This document shows positions 49,388 through 58,964 of a stretch of 64,000 nucleotides of DNA, piece by piece. The notes under the pieces are model-generated. The model saw nothing but the letters and a program-made list of their open reading frames with translations. It made no database searches and was not told where the DNA came from. Position numbers and translations under genes: made by a program. How positions within the stretch are numbered: position 1 is the stretch's first letter; each line of letters opens with the position of its first letter. Origin of the DNA: Gallionella sp. (lineage in GTDB: Bacteria > Pseudomonadota > Gammaproteobacteria > Burkholderiales > Gallionellaceae). The stretch is taken from NCBI GenBank assembly GCA_028710525.1, contig JAQTTY010000009.1, forward strand, positions 53 through 64,052, given 5' to 3'.

Positions 49388-50281
49388 GTGCTAGTGCCAA
49401 CCAAACGAAATCTATACCCCGTAGCAGGTGTGCTGAGTGGCGCACTGGTATGGGGGATCATCTGGTACCCATACCGCATGTTGCAAGATGCAGGGGTGTC
49501 AGGTGCATTGGCGACCTTCATCACTTTCTTTATCGCCATGCTGTGCGGATCAACATGGTTGCCCAGACTTTGGCGTGAATTGCCCAATCTGGGTTGGTGG
49601 GCTGCTTTGTTGCTATTGAGTGCGGGTGGTGCAAATTTTGGTTATGTGTTGGCGATGCTGCATGGCGATGTGATGCGGGTGTTGCTGCTGTTCTATCTGG
49701 CACCATTGTGGACGGTATTGTTGTCCTATTGGCTGCTCGGTGAAAGGCTCAACCGGTATGGTTATCTGGTCATCGCCCTGTCGGTGTTGGGCGCGATGGT
49801 GATGTTATGGGACCCGCATAAAGGATGGCCTATACCGCAGGATATGTCTGAATGGTTGGGTATGGCAGCTGGGATCTGCTTCGCCCTTTCTAATGTAGTA
49901 TCGCGCCGCGCCGCGCATATGAGCATGGAAGCAAAATCCTACAGTGTGTGGTTGGGAACGGTCGCATTGACGTTACCCCTGCTATGGCTGCAAGGGGGAG
50001 AGCTGGAGAAGACATTATCCATCGCTTGGAGTGATTGGCTCATCTTGGCGATACTCGGAGTAGTGATGTGTGCCGTCAGTTATGCAGTACAGTACGGCGT
50101 CACACATATGCCTTCCAACCGTGCAATGTTGTTATTCCTCTCCGAACTGGTGGTCGCTGCTGTCACTTCCTATTTTCTGGCGGGTGAGGAAATGGCCTTG
50201 CGTGATTGGATGGGGGCCGCGCTGATCGTGTCAGCCAGCCTGTTCTCAGGTCGGATACATGCCGACGAACAACGAGTATGA
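49388..50281 (+). CDS. DMT superfamily (EamA-like) transporter
   Basis: About 10 TM helices in a two-fold repeat. GTG start is uncertain. Confidence 0.65.
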   Translation: MLVPTKRNLYPVAGVLSGALVWGIIWYPYRMLQDAGVSGALATFITFFIAMLCGSTWLPRLWRELPNLGWWAALLLLSAGGANFGYVLAMLHGDVMRVLLLFYLAPLWTVLLSYWLLGERLNRYGYLVIALSVLGAMVMLWDPHKGWPIPQDMSEWLGMAAGICFALSNVVSRRAAHMSMEAKSYSVWLGTVALTLPLLWLQGGELEKTLSIAWSDWLILAILGVVMCAVSYAVQYGVTHMPSNRAMLLFLSELVVAAVTSYFLAGEEMALRDWMGAALIVSASLFSGRIHADEQRV

Positions 50282-50293
50282 CTTTCAATATTT

Positions 50294-50704
50294 ATGGATG
50301 ATGCAATGAAAGATATAGACAACAACCCTCTCTCTTGGATAGTAGGTTTAACCCTGAATACCGTGCTGGTCTTTTACGTCAATATCATGGTTGAGGGCGG
50401 ACCAAACTCGCTCAAGGGCGGAGCAGATTGGCCGACCATACTGAATGAAGTCCCCCAATCTATATTGATTGTGCTGGTGGCGGTACTGCTGCCTTATCTG
50501 ATGTTGCATTACAAACGCAAAGCTAAGCGTACCTCTATCACTTTGGCCAGTCGTGTGATGATGGCGTCAACCGCAGTCGCGGCTGTACTGATTTTCGCTT
50601 CAAGTACCATGCTGGTTAAAGAATTGACACTGGATATAGGCTGGGTATTTCTGTGGGTTATTGCAGTTTACTTTGTGCTGATTCCGGAGAATATGCGTGA
50701 TTAA
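50294..50704 (+). CDS. Hypothetical membrane protein
   Basis: 136 aa with about 4 hydrophobic helices. Confidence 0.45.
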   Translation: MDDAMKDIDNNPLSWIVGLTLNTVLVFYVNIMVEGGPNSLKGGADWPTILNEVPQSILIVLVAVLLPYLMLHYKRKAKRTSITLASRVMMASTAVAAVLIFASSTMLVKELTLDIGWVFLWVIAVYFVLIPENMRD

Positions 50705-50862
50705 GGCAAAGCCATAACAACAGTAGTAGGCGCGCAAGCCATACCCATACTAGTATTCAGGCCATGACCACATCGTTCGATGTAATTGTATTTATTGAAG
50801 TCGATGGGGTAGACTTGTGACACATATGATTGCAACGAATATAAAAAGTATAGATAGTTGCC

Positions 50863-51801
50863 ATGTCCAGGCTCATGAAGAACCTACCTACGCAAACTGA
50901 GATCTCTCAGCTTTTCGACAACACCGATCCGGAAGTCGTCTGGTTGAAGGCGTGCGCTGTCATCTTCCGCATCAATCCCGATTACGACTTCACCACCGTC
51001 CACAAGGTGTATCTAGACGTCATACGATTGTTCTATGGTGAGTTTCCCGGTTACGGCCCGATCAAAACGCTGTACCACGACCTGTCCCACACACTGGAAG
51101 TCTTTATGTGCGGCGTGCGCTTGATGCACGGCGTACATGCATCTGGAGAACATCTTCGTGACGACGAACTGACACTGATGATGTTAGCCATCCTGATGCA
51201 CGATCTGGGTTATGCGCAACGCGTAGGAGAGGAAACGGGTACGGGAGCGCAGTTCACCCGCACTCATGTGCAGCGCAGCATTGAATTCATGAAAGAGCAT
51301 TTCACCCAGCGTATGCTGCCTGCGGATATCTTAGTAGATGTGACGGGAATGATATTGGGCACTGAACACTTCCGTCCTTTCGATCAGATTGATTTTTCCA
51401 GCGATCGCAACCGCATGTTGGCCAGTATTGTGGCAACCGCAGATATTACAGGTCAGATGGCAGACAGAAAGTATCTGGAAAAGCTGCTGTTCTTATATCA
51501 AGAGTTCAAAGAGGCGGGATTTGGCACCTATCAGAATACCTTTGATTTAATCTCCAAAACCCATAACTTCTATAACCTGACACGCAATAAATTGGATGGT
51601 GTGTTGGGCGGCATATACAATAAATTGTCTTATCACTTCATGGATACTTTGGGTGTGGAGAACAACTTTTATGTAGAGTCAATCACCAAAAATATGGCCT
51701 ATCTTGAGAAGGTCATAGCACAGGGGGAAGGCGAAATGTATGCCATGCTCAAGCGCAACAACATCGCCGAGAGCGCCAAAAAATTAGAATCACACGTCTA
51801 G
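50863..51801 (+). CDS. HD-domain-like metal-dependent phosphohydrolase (hypothetical)
   Basis: H..HD-type residues (LYHDLSHTLEV, ILMHDLGY). Confidence 0.45.
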   Translation: MSRLMKNLPTQTEISQLFDNTDPEVVWLKACAVIFRINPDYDFTTVHKVYLDVIRLFYGEFPGYGPIKTLYHDLSHTLEVFMCGVRLMHGVHASGEHLRDDELTLMMLAILMHDLGYAQRVGEETGTGAQFTRTHVQRSIEFMKEHFTQRMLPADILVDVTGMILGTEHFRPFDQIDFSSDRNRMLASIVATADITGQMADRKYLEKLLFLYQEFKEAGFGTYQNTFDLISKTHNFYNLTRNKLDGVLGGIYNKLSYHFMDTLGVENNFYVESITKNMAYLEKVIAQGEGEMYAMLKRNNIAESAKKLESHV

Positions 51802-51843
51802 ACCGAATTCATTCGTACCCCACACAATTTTTTCCGCCATCAC

Positions 51844-52224
51844 ATGATCTCAGCAATATTGCATGTCACTTTTTTGACTTCTGATTTGGCACGCTCTCGA
51901 GCATTTTATGAAGGCCTCCTCGGTTTGCAGGTGGACAGTAAACGTCCAAAGATGAGTTTTGACGGCGTTTGGTACGACGTTACCCCCAACCAGCAGATCC
52001 ATCTGATGCAGTTACCGAATCCCGAGGTTGGATTGACTCGTCCCGCTCACGGCGGACGCGATCGGCATGCAGCATTTGCTGTATCGGACTTAGAGGAATT
52101 GATAAAACGATTAGACGCAGCGAGGGTGAGTTACACCCTGAGCCAGTCTGGTCGAAAAGCATTGTTCTGCCGCGACCCAGATGACAATGCGCTTGAGTTT
52201 ATCAGTTGTCCTTCGGAGAAGTAA
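51844..52224 (+). CDS. VOC family (glyoxalase/bleomycin-resistance fold) protein
   Basis: 126 aa. N-terminal HVTFLTSDLARSRAFYEGLLGL and C-terminal FCRDPDDNALEF patterns. Confidence 0.7.
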   Translation: MISAILHVTFLTSDLARSRAFYEGLLGLQVDSKRPKMSFDGVWYDVTPNQQIHLMQLPNPEVGLTRPAHGGRDRHAAFAVSDLEELIKRLDAARVSYTLSQSGRKALFCRDPDDNALEFISCPSEK

Positions 52225-53375
52225 CAGAATTTAGTAAAATCACAGCATGGCACTCCACACTAAAACGCTCAAGCTACGCATCAAAGACAAGCACTCAAAA
52301 GTATTGTCGCAGTGGGCGTTCGAGGTTAATCAGGTGTGGAATTCAGCGAACGAACTTAGTGCTAATTATTCGTGGGTACCGATACCGGGTGTTGGGTACA
52401 TGAATTGTGGAACATCAGAGTTCGACTTGAACAAGGAACTGCGTTCTATCCGTGCAGAGCGCGGCTTGAGCATCGGTGCAGCCACAGTACAGTCTGTGAT
52501 TGCCCAACATGCCAAATCCAGACGGCAGTTCAAGAAGAACAAACTGCAATGGCGTAGCTCTAGCGGTTCAAAGCGCGCACTAGGCTGGGTTCCGTTCAAG
52601 CAGGCCGGTATTAAATTGGTCGGCGGACAGATTCGGTTTTGTGGACAGCATTTCGGTGTTTGGGATAGCTATGGACTGTCTAACTACGAACTCGGCACTG
52701 GTTCGTTCTCGCAGGATGCACGGGGACGCTGGTATTTCAACACTACCGTTCAGGTTGAAGCGAAGCCCAGTACCGGCACCAAGTCAGTCGGTATCGACCT
52801 AGGACTCAAGGCTACAGCAACTTGCTCTGACGGAGAGAAGTTGGAACGCAGATACATCACCAATGAGTTTGCTGCGCAGCTGGGCATTGCTCAGCGCGCA
52901 AACAAAGCGCATCGTGTTAAAGCGATCCACGCCAAGATTAAGAATTTTCGGCAGGATGCCATTCACAAATTCACGACCAGTATGGTCGAGAACTACGGAG
53001 CGGTCTTTGTCGGTGACGTGAGTAGTAAGAATCTGGTGAAAACCAGCATGGCCAAGTCGGTACTGGATACTGGCTGGGGTATGCTGAAAGAACAACTCTC
53101 CTATAAAGCGATAGCGCGTGGAGTTGTATTCGAGGAAGTCCCTGAAAATTACACAACCCAAACTTGTTCGTGTTGCGGTGAAATATCCGTTAACAGTCCG
53201 AAAGGTAGAGCGGGTCTTGGAATAAGAGAGTGGTCCTGTGCCTTGTGTGGCATGCTGCACGATAGAGATATCAATGCAGCAAAGAACATTCTTGCGCGCG
53301 GGCATGCGCGTCTAGCAGTAGGAATCCCCTGTCTTTAGGCAGGGGAGGATGTCAATTCGGTCTAGTCTGTATTTG
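52200..53375 (+). mobile_element. IS200/IS605-family derivative carrying only tnpB (no tnpA)
   Basis: tnpB ORF plus the characteristic right-end hairpin CCCCTGTCTTTAGGCAGGGG spanning the stop codon. Left boundary is approximate and abuts the VOC gene's 3' end. Confidence 0.55.
52247..53338 (+). CDS. tnpB: RNA-guided endonuclease TnpB (IS605 OrfB family)
   Basis: RuvC-I GIDLGLK, zinc finger CSCCG..CALCG, RuvC-III HDRDINAAKNI and the typical C-terminus LAVGIPCL*. Confidence 0.85.
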   Translation: MALHTKTLKLRIKDKHSKVLSQWAFEVNQVWNSANELSANYSWVPIPGVGYMNCGTSEFDLNKELRSIRAERGLSIGAATVQSVIAQHAKSRRQFKKNKLQWRSSSGSKRALGWVPFKQAGIKLVGGQIRFCGQHFGVWDSYGLSNYELGTGSFSQDARGRWYFNTTVQVEAKPSTGTKSVGIDLGLKATATCSDGEKLERRYITNEFAAQLGIAQRANKAHRVKAIHAKIKNFRQDAIHKFTTSMVENYGAVFVGDVSSKNLVKTSMAKSVLDTGWGMLKEQLSYKAIARGVVFEEVPENYTTQTCSCCGEISVNSPKGRAGLGIREWSCALCGMLHDRDINAAKNILARGHARLAVGIPCL

Positions 53376-53377
53376 AT

Positions 53378-54412
53378 TCAGGGGGCGGGGTTGGGATAAC
53401 GTCTATGCACGGCTTCTATCTGTTCCAACACTTTCGCTGGCAATACAACCGCCGCACTGTCTAGATTTTCTTGTAATTGAGTTAATGTAGTCGCGCCCAG
53501 AATCACGCTATTAGTGAACCAACGGGTACGGGCGAATGCCAGTGCCATTGTGACAGGGCTTAAGTCGGCCTCACGGGCGATACGCACGTACTCCAGCGTG
53601 GCGGCGGGTACATTGGTCTTGGCATAACGCTGGCCAAAATTCGGAAAAAGAGTGATGCGTCCGTGAGCATTAGAATCGGCTACGTATTTTCCGCTCAAGT
53701 GTCCAAATGCAAGCGGACTATAGGCAAGGAGACCAACATTGCGATGTCGGCATACCTCGGACAATCCGCTCTCGAAAGTTCGATTCATCAGGTGATAGGC
53801 ATTTTGTATGGTTGCTACATAGGGTAGGCCATGCTGCTCTGCTAGGCGGGTGAATTCACTCACGCCCCAAGGCGTTTCGTTACTCAGGCCGATGTGACGC
53901 ACTTTGCCCGCCTTAACTAATTCGGCCAGCACTTCTAGTTGTTGCTGTATAGGTTCAGTTGGATGCTCCTGAGCGATGTCGTAGCTGGTTCCACCGAACA
54001 TAGGCACATAACGATCTGGCCAATGGATCTGATACAAATCTAAGTAGTCTGTCTGCAAGCGGCGCAGACTGCTATCTATCGCTTCATGCAGATGGTCACG
54101 GTTGATACGAGGGCCGTTGCGTATCCATGTAAATCCGCGCGATGGGCCTGCTATCTTGCTGGCGACGATGAGCTTGTCGCGCTGCTGGCGTTTTAACCAA
54201 GTGCCGATATAGCGCTCGGTGCTGCCCTGCGTTTCGGCGCGTGGTGCCACGGGGTACATTTCTGCTGTGTCGATAAAATTCACACCGTGTGCAACAGCCA
54301 TGTCCAATTGAGCATGCGCATCGGCTTCGCTGTTCTGTTCACCAAAGGTCATCGTGCCTAGGCACAAGCTTGAAACCTCTAAATCAGTGCTACCTAGTTT
54401 CTTGTATTCCAT
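53378..54412 (-). CDS. tas: NADP(H)-dependent aldo-keto reductase Tas
   Basis: Near-colinear with E. coli Tas from memory (LGTMTFGEQNSEADAHAQLD, LQTDYLDLYQ.HWP). Start set at MEYKKLG. Confidence 0.85.
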   Translation of the reverse strand: MEYKKLGSTDLEVSSLCLGTMTFGEQNSEADAHAQLDMAVAHGVNFIDTAEMYPVAPRAETQGSTERYIGTWLKRQQRDKLIVASKIAGPSRGFTWIRNGPRINRDHLHEAIDSSLRRLQTDYLDLYQIHWPDRYVPMFGGTSYDIAQEHPTEPIQQQLEVLAELVKAGKVRHIGLSNETPWGVSEFTRLAEQHGLPYVATIQNAYHLMNRTFESGLSEVCRHRNVGLLAYSPLAFGHLSGKYVADSNAHGRITLFPNFGQRYAKTNVPAATLEYVRIAREADLSPVTMALAFARTRWFTNSVILGATTLTQLQENLDSAAVVLPAKVLEQIEAVHRRYPNPAP

Positions 54413-54488
54413 GATGTCCTCGTATGGGAAGTGATGCACTGCGACATTTTAAAGTAGATGAGGTTCGCCCCGTGTTAGGATTTTGCTA

Positions 54489-55268
54489 ATGACACCCCCA
54501 GTCCTTTTCATTTCGCATGGTGCGCCAACCTTACCGATAGAACCCGGTGAGACGGGTGCGGCTTGGCAAGTCTTGGGGCAGCAACTGGAACGGCCTAAGT
54601 CCATATTGGTGATCTCAGCACATTGGACGACGAATGTGCCTACCGTCAGTACGGTAGAGCGACCACAGACCATACATGATTTCAGCGGATTTCCCGAAGC
54701 ACTCTATCGTTTGCACTATCCCGCACTCGGCGCGCCGCAGTTGGCAATGGAGGTAATGAAGTCGTTGCAGGATGCCGGCATAGCCTCGCAGCATGACAGT
54801 ACACGCGGATTGGATCATGGTGCTTGGGTGCCGCTGATGTTCCTATTCCCAGAAGCGGATGTACCTGTCACTCAACTTTCGTTGCAAGCTGAGGCTGATC
54901 CGACTTGGCACTTCAATCTGGGCAAGGCGATGCGTAATTTGCGGGAGCAGGACGTTTTAATCGTTGCCAGCGGTTCGATAACGCACAATCTGCGTGCACT
55001 ATTCGCTCATCCTCAGGGCCAAGCAGTACCAGAGTGGGTCAGTACTTTTTGTGATTGGATGTCGGCTCGCATCGCGGCGGGCGATATTGCTGCATTGTTG
55101 AACTACCGCGAACTCGCTCCTTATGCGGCACAGAACCATCCTACTGACGAGCATTTGCTGCCCTTGTTTGTTGCACTCGGTGCAGCTACCGATATCAGAC
55201 AGTCTACTCATCTGAATCAAGTTTTGACCTACGGTATCTTGGCTATGGATGCGTGGCGCTTCGACTAG
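54489..55268 (+). CDS. ygiD: 4,5-DOPA dioxygenase extradiol-like class III ring-cleavage dioxygenase (YgiD)
   Basis: N-terminal LFISHGAP and HW...P, DHGAWVPL motifs. Confidence 0.75.
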   Translation: MTPPVLFISHGAPTLPIEPGETGAAWQVLGQQLERPKSILVISAHWTTNVPTVSTVERPQTIHDFSGFPEALYRLHYPALGAPQLAMEVMKSLQDAGIASQHDSTRGLDHGAWVPLMFLFPEADVPVTQLSLQAEADPTWHFNLGKAMRNLREQDVLIVASGSITHNLRALFAHPQGQAVPEWVSTFCDWMSARIAAGDIAALLNYRELAPYAAQNHPTDEHLLPLFVALGAATDIRQSTHLNQVLTYGILAMDAWRFD

Positions 55269-55418
55269 TTCATGCACCAACTTGACCAACCATGCGCACC
55301 ATGAAGATGCCCTAGATTTTTGGTGGTTTGGACGCGTTTGCCAGCGACATAAGGGAGGTTTGCGAGTAGAATGCTTGCGGAAATTCATCTTTAAGTTCGC
55401 AAAAGGCATAAACCATAC

Positions 55419-57899
55419 ATGAGCACCCCTAAGAAACCTGCTTACATCCCCTTTGTTCGTTCTACCCAGCTCACTTTCGAGCAGTTGCTGACCAATCACA
55501 TGACTTACACAGAAGGCAAGGTGCCCAAGACGGCGACCGAGCGTGACTGGTATCAGGCTTCTGCGCACTCGGTTCGCGATCATCTGGTCGAAAAGATGTC
55601 GCAGACTATCAATGACAATCGCGAGAAGGATCCTAAGCGCGTTTATTACCTGTCATTGGAATTCCTGATTGGCCGTGCCTTGTCTAATGCCGCGCTGAAT
55701 TTGGGCGTTCAACCCAAGTTGCAAGAAGGCTTGCAAGCGTTAGGTCATGATATGGAAAGCATCGAAGAGATGGAAATCGATGCGGCGCTGGGTAACGGCG
55801 GTCTGGGTCGTTTGGCCGCTTGCTTCTTGGATTCTATGGCCTCATTGAACGTGCCCGGCATGGGCTATGGTATTCGTTACGAATACGGCATGTTCAATCA
55901 GCGCATCGAGAACAACCAACAGATCGAATATCCCGATAACTGGTTGCGTTACGGTAATCCTTGGGAGTTTCAGCGTCCTGAGCGTATCTATCCAGTGAAG
56001 TTCAAGGGCCATGTAGTAAATTTCTCTACTGGTAAAGGCCAGACAGAATGCCACTGGGTGGATTGTGAGACCGTGATGGCGATGGCATACGATTTGCCTA
56101 TTCCAGGTTACGGCAATGGCGCAGTGAACAGCTTGCGACTCTGGGCGGCCAAGGCTCCGCGTGAATTCGATCTGGACTCGTTCAACGCTGGTGATTACAT
56201 CGGTGCCGTGGAAGAAAAGGAAGTTATAGAGAGTCTCTCAAAGGTGTTGTACCCCAACGATAGCTCGGTGATGGGTAAAGAGTTGCGCCTTAAGCAAGAA
56301 TACTTCTTTGTATCGGCTTCGATACAAGACATCTTGCATCGCTTCCTGCTAGATCACGACGATCTGGCCCAGTTACCTGAGAAGGTCGCTATACAGCTGA
56401 ACGATACTCATCCCGCGATCGCTGTAGCAGAATTGATGTATCAGTTGCTTGACGTGCACCATCTGCAGTGGGACCAAGCTTGGAGTATCGTCACTCGCGT
56501 GTTCTCCTACACCAACCACACTCTGATGCCTGAAGCACTGGAAACCTGGGGCGTGTCCAAATTCGAACGTGTATTGCCACGTCATCTGCAGATCATCTAT
56601 GAGATCAATCAACGTTTCTTGGAACAGGTGAACCACCAGTTCCCCGGTGATACCGATCTTTTGCGTCGCGTTTCCATCGTCGACGAGAGCAATGGTCGCC
56701 GTGTACGCATGGCATATTTGGCCATCATCGGCAGCCATACCGTCAACGGTGTCGCGGCTATCCATAGTGAGCTGTTGAAGACCACTTTGTTCTCCGATTT
56801 CCACCGCATCTATCCGAACAAGTTCATCAACGTCACTAATGGCATCACACCGCGTCGCTGGTTGAACCAAGCTAATCCACAATTGGCCGAGTTGATTGGT
56901 AGCCGTATAGGCAAAGATTTTGTGAGTGACCTGACCAAGTTGCAGGACCTTACAAAGTTCGCAGACGACGCTAAGTTCCGCAAACAGTTCCGTGAAGTGA
57001 AGCATGCTAACAAGGTACATCTTGCACAGATCATCAAACAACAGGTTGGTGTGACGATAGATCCCAACTCGATGTTCGACGTGCAGATCAAGCGTATCCA
57101 CGAATACAAGCGTCAGATGCTCAACGTCTTGCATGTCATCACCATGTATAACCGCATTCGCTCTGGTCAGACCGAGGGCTTTACACCTCGTACCGTGATC
57201 TTCGCGGGTAAGGCGGCACCAGGCTACAAGACGGCGAAGCTCATCATCCGTCTGATCAACGACGTAGCCAGTATCGTAAATAACGACCCAGCCGTAGGTA
57301 ATCTGCTCAAGGTCGTGTTCTACCCGAACTACAACGTATCTTCAGCCGAAAACTTGTTCCCAGCCAGTGATCTGTCCGAGCAAATCTCTACTGCAGGTAC
57401 AGAAGCATCCGGTACCGGCAATATGAAGATGGCTTTGAATGGCGCGCTGACCATAGGTACGCTGGACGGTGCGAATATTGAGATTGGTGAAGAAGTAGGT
57501 TCAGACAATATCTTCATCTTTGGACTGACTACTCCTGAGGTGGCCGAGTCTCGTGCACGAGGTTACAACCCTATGGTTCATTACCACGGGAATGCTGAGT
57601 TACGCCAAGTGCTGGACATGATAGGTAATGGCTTCTTCTCGGTAGAGGAGCCGGATCGTTACCGCGTGATCTACGACAATCTGACCACCAATGGCGATCA
57701 CTACATGTTGCAAGCGGATTACGCGAGTTATGTGGCTATGCAGGAAACGGTCAGCAAGGTCTACAAAGACCAAGAAGAATGGACACGCCGTGCCATCCTG
57801 AACGTGGCGCGCATGGGTAAATTCTCCAGCGACCGTACCATCCGCGAATATGCTGATGATGTCTGGAAGGTAAGACATAACCGTTCCAAGTCTAAATAA
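55419..57899 (+). CDS. glgP: Glycogen/maltodextrin phosphorylase
   Basis: 826 aa. PLP-site signature EASGTGNMK. Confidence 0.9.
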   Translation: MSTPKKPAYIPFVRSTQLTFEQLLTNHMTYTEGKVPKTATERDWYQASAHSVRDHLVEKMSQTINDNREKDPKRVYYLSLEFLIGRALSNAALNLGVQPKLQEGLQALGHDMESIEEMEIDAALGNGGLGRLAACFLDSMASLNVPGMGYGIRYEYGMFNQRIENNQQIEYPDNWLRYGNPWEFQRPERIYPVKFKGHVVNFSTGKGQTECHWVDCETVMAMAYDLPIPGYGNGAVNSLRLWAAKAPREFDLDSFNAGDYIGAVEEKEVIESLSKVLYPNDSSVMGKELRLKQEYFFVSASIQDILHRFLLDHDDLAQLPEKVAIQLNDTHPAIAVAELMYQLLDVHHLQWDQAWSIVTRVFSYTNHTLMPEALETWGVSKFERVLPRHLQIIYEINQRFLEQVNHQFPGDTDLLRRVSIVDESNGRRVRMAYLAIIGSHTVNGVAAIHSELLKTTLFSDFHRIYPNKFINVTNGITPRRWLNQANPQLAELIGSRIGKDFVSDLTKLQDLTKFADDAKFRKQFREVKHANKVHLAQIIKQQVGVTIDPNSMFDVQIKRIHEYKRQMLNVLHVITMYNRIRSGQTEGFTPRTVIFAGKAAPGYKTAKLIIRLINDVASIVNNDPAVGNLLKVVFYPNYNVSSAENLFPASDLSEQISTAGTEASGTGNMKMALNGALTIGTLDGANIEIGEEVGSDNIFIFGLTTPEVAESRARGYNPMVHYHGNAELRQVLDMIGNGFFSVEEPDRYRVIYDNLTTNGDHYMLQADYASYVAMQETVSKVYKDQEEWTRRAILNVARMGKFSSDRTIREYADDVWKVRHNRSKSK

Positions 57900-57916
57900 A
57901 CGCGAGCGGGCTAGCG

Positions 57917-58903
57917 ATGCAACTTGTACTAGCAGGAGATATCGGCGGCACCAAGACCAGACTCGCGCTGGTCGAGGTGAGCGGTACTCAGGTCGTCATC
58001 CATCGTGAGCATAGCTACCCTAGTCAGGGGCATGCAAAGTTTGACGATCTGCTAGCAGATTTTCTGAAAGACACCGATACCCATATCCATGCTGCTTTGG
58101 GTATCGCTGGCCCGATACAGGGCAGGGTGGTGAGCACCACTAATCTGCCTTGGTATATCGATGCGGATGCTTTGCAACAGCGCTTCGGTTTTCTCAGCTG
58201 TAATCTGCTCAATGATCTTGAAGCCACAGCATGTGGTCTGCCTGCCTTACAAGACAACGACTTGTTGACTTTGCAGAGCGGTGCTGAATATGCCACCGGC
58301 AATCAGGCGGTGATTGCGGCAGGTACTGGGCTAGGTGAAGCAGGGTTACATTGGGATGGTGCGCAACATAGTCCATTTGCTACCGAAGGTGGACATGCCA
58401 GTTTCACGGCAAGTAACCAACTGGAATTTGATCTGCTCTGCCATTTGCAGAAACAGTTTCAGCATGTCAGTTGGGAACGCGTTGTTTCTGGCATGGGTAT
58501 CGTCAGTATCTACGATTTTTTGTGTGACTACCGCAAGACCCAAGCACAGGGTGACTTGCCGCAAAAGATGCGTAACGGTGATGCGGCTGCGGTGATTGCT
58601 ACTGCAGCTCTGCAAAATAGTGATGCACTTTGTTGTGAGACCATGCAGTGTTTCGTGCGACTATACGGAGCCGAGGCAGGTAATTTAGCGCTTAAGATGA
58701 TGAGCCGTGGAGGGCTCTTTATTGGTGGCGGCATCGCACCCAAGATATTGCCCTTGATGCAGGATGGTGAGTTTCTCAAAGCCTTCCTCAATAAGGGACG
58801 TATGCGTCATCTGCTGGAAGCCATGCCGGTGAAAGTAATACTGAATGACCGAGCTGCTTTGTACGGCCCAGCCTTATACGCTGCAATGACAGCAGGTAAC
58901 TGA
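57917..58903 (+). CDS. glk: Glucokinase
   Basis: N-terminal ATP motif AGDIGGTKTRLAL. 328 aa. Lies between glgP and glgA. Confidence 0.8.
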   Translation: MQLVLAGDIGGTKTRLALVEVSGTQVVIHREHSYPSQGHAKFDDLLADFLKDTDTHIHAALGIAGPIQGRVVSTTNLPWYIDADALQQRFGFLSCNLLNDLEATACGLPALQDNDLLTLQSGAEYATGNQAVIAAGTGLGEAGLHWDGAQHSPFATEGGHASFTASNQLEFDLLCHLQKQFQHVSWERVVSGMGIVSIYDFLCDYRKTQAQGDLPQKMRNGDAAAVIATAALQNSDALCCETMQCFVRLYGAEAGNLALKMMSRGGLFIGGGIAPKILPLMQDGEFLKAFLNKGRMRHLLEAMPVKVILNDRAALYGPALYAAMTAGN

Positions 58904-58964
58904 TAAAAATAACTTTTGTGTACTTTGCTCGATGTTTCTATCCTGCAAAGTTGGGGAGAAAGTA

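Noticed and set aside
56373-57134. 253-aa minus-strand ORF inside glgP
   Set aside because: Shadow ORF opposite a strongly supported glycogen phosphorylase gene.
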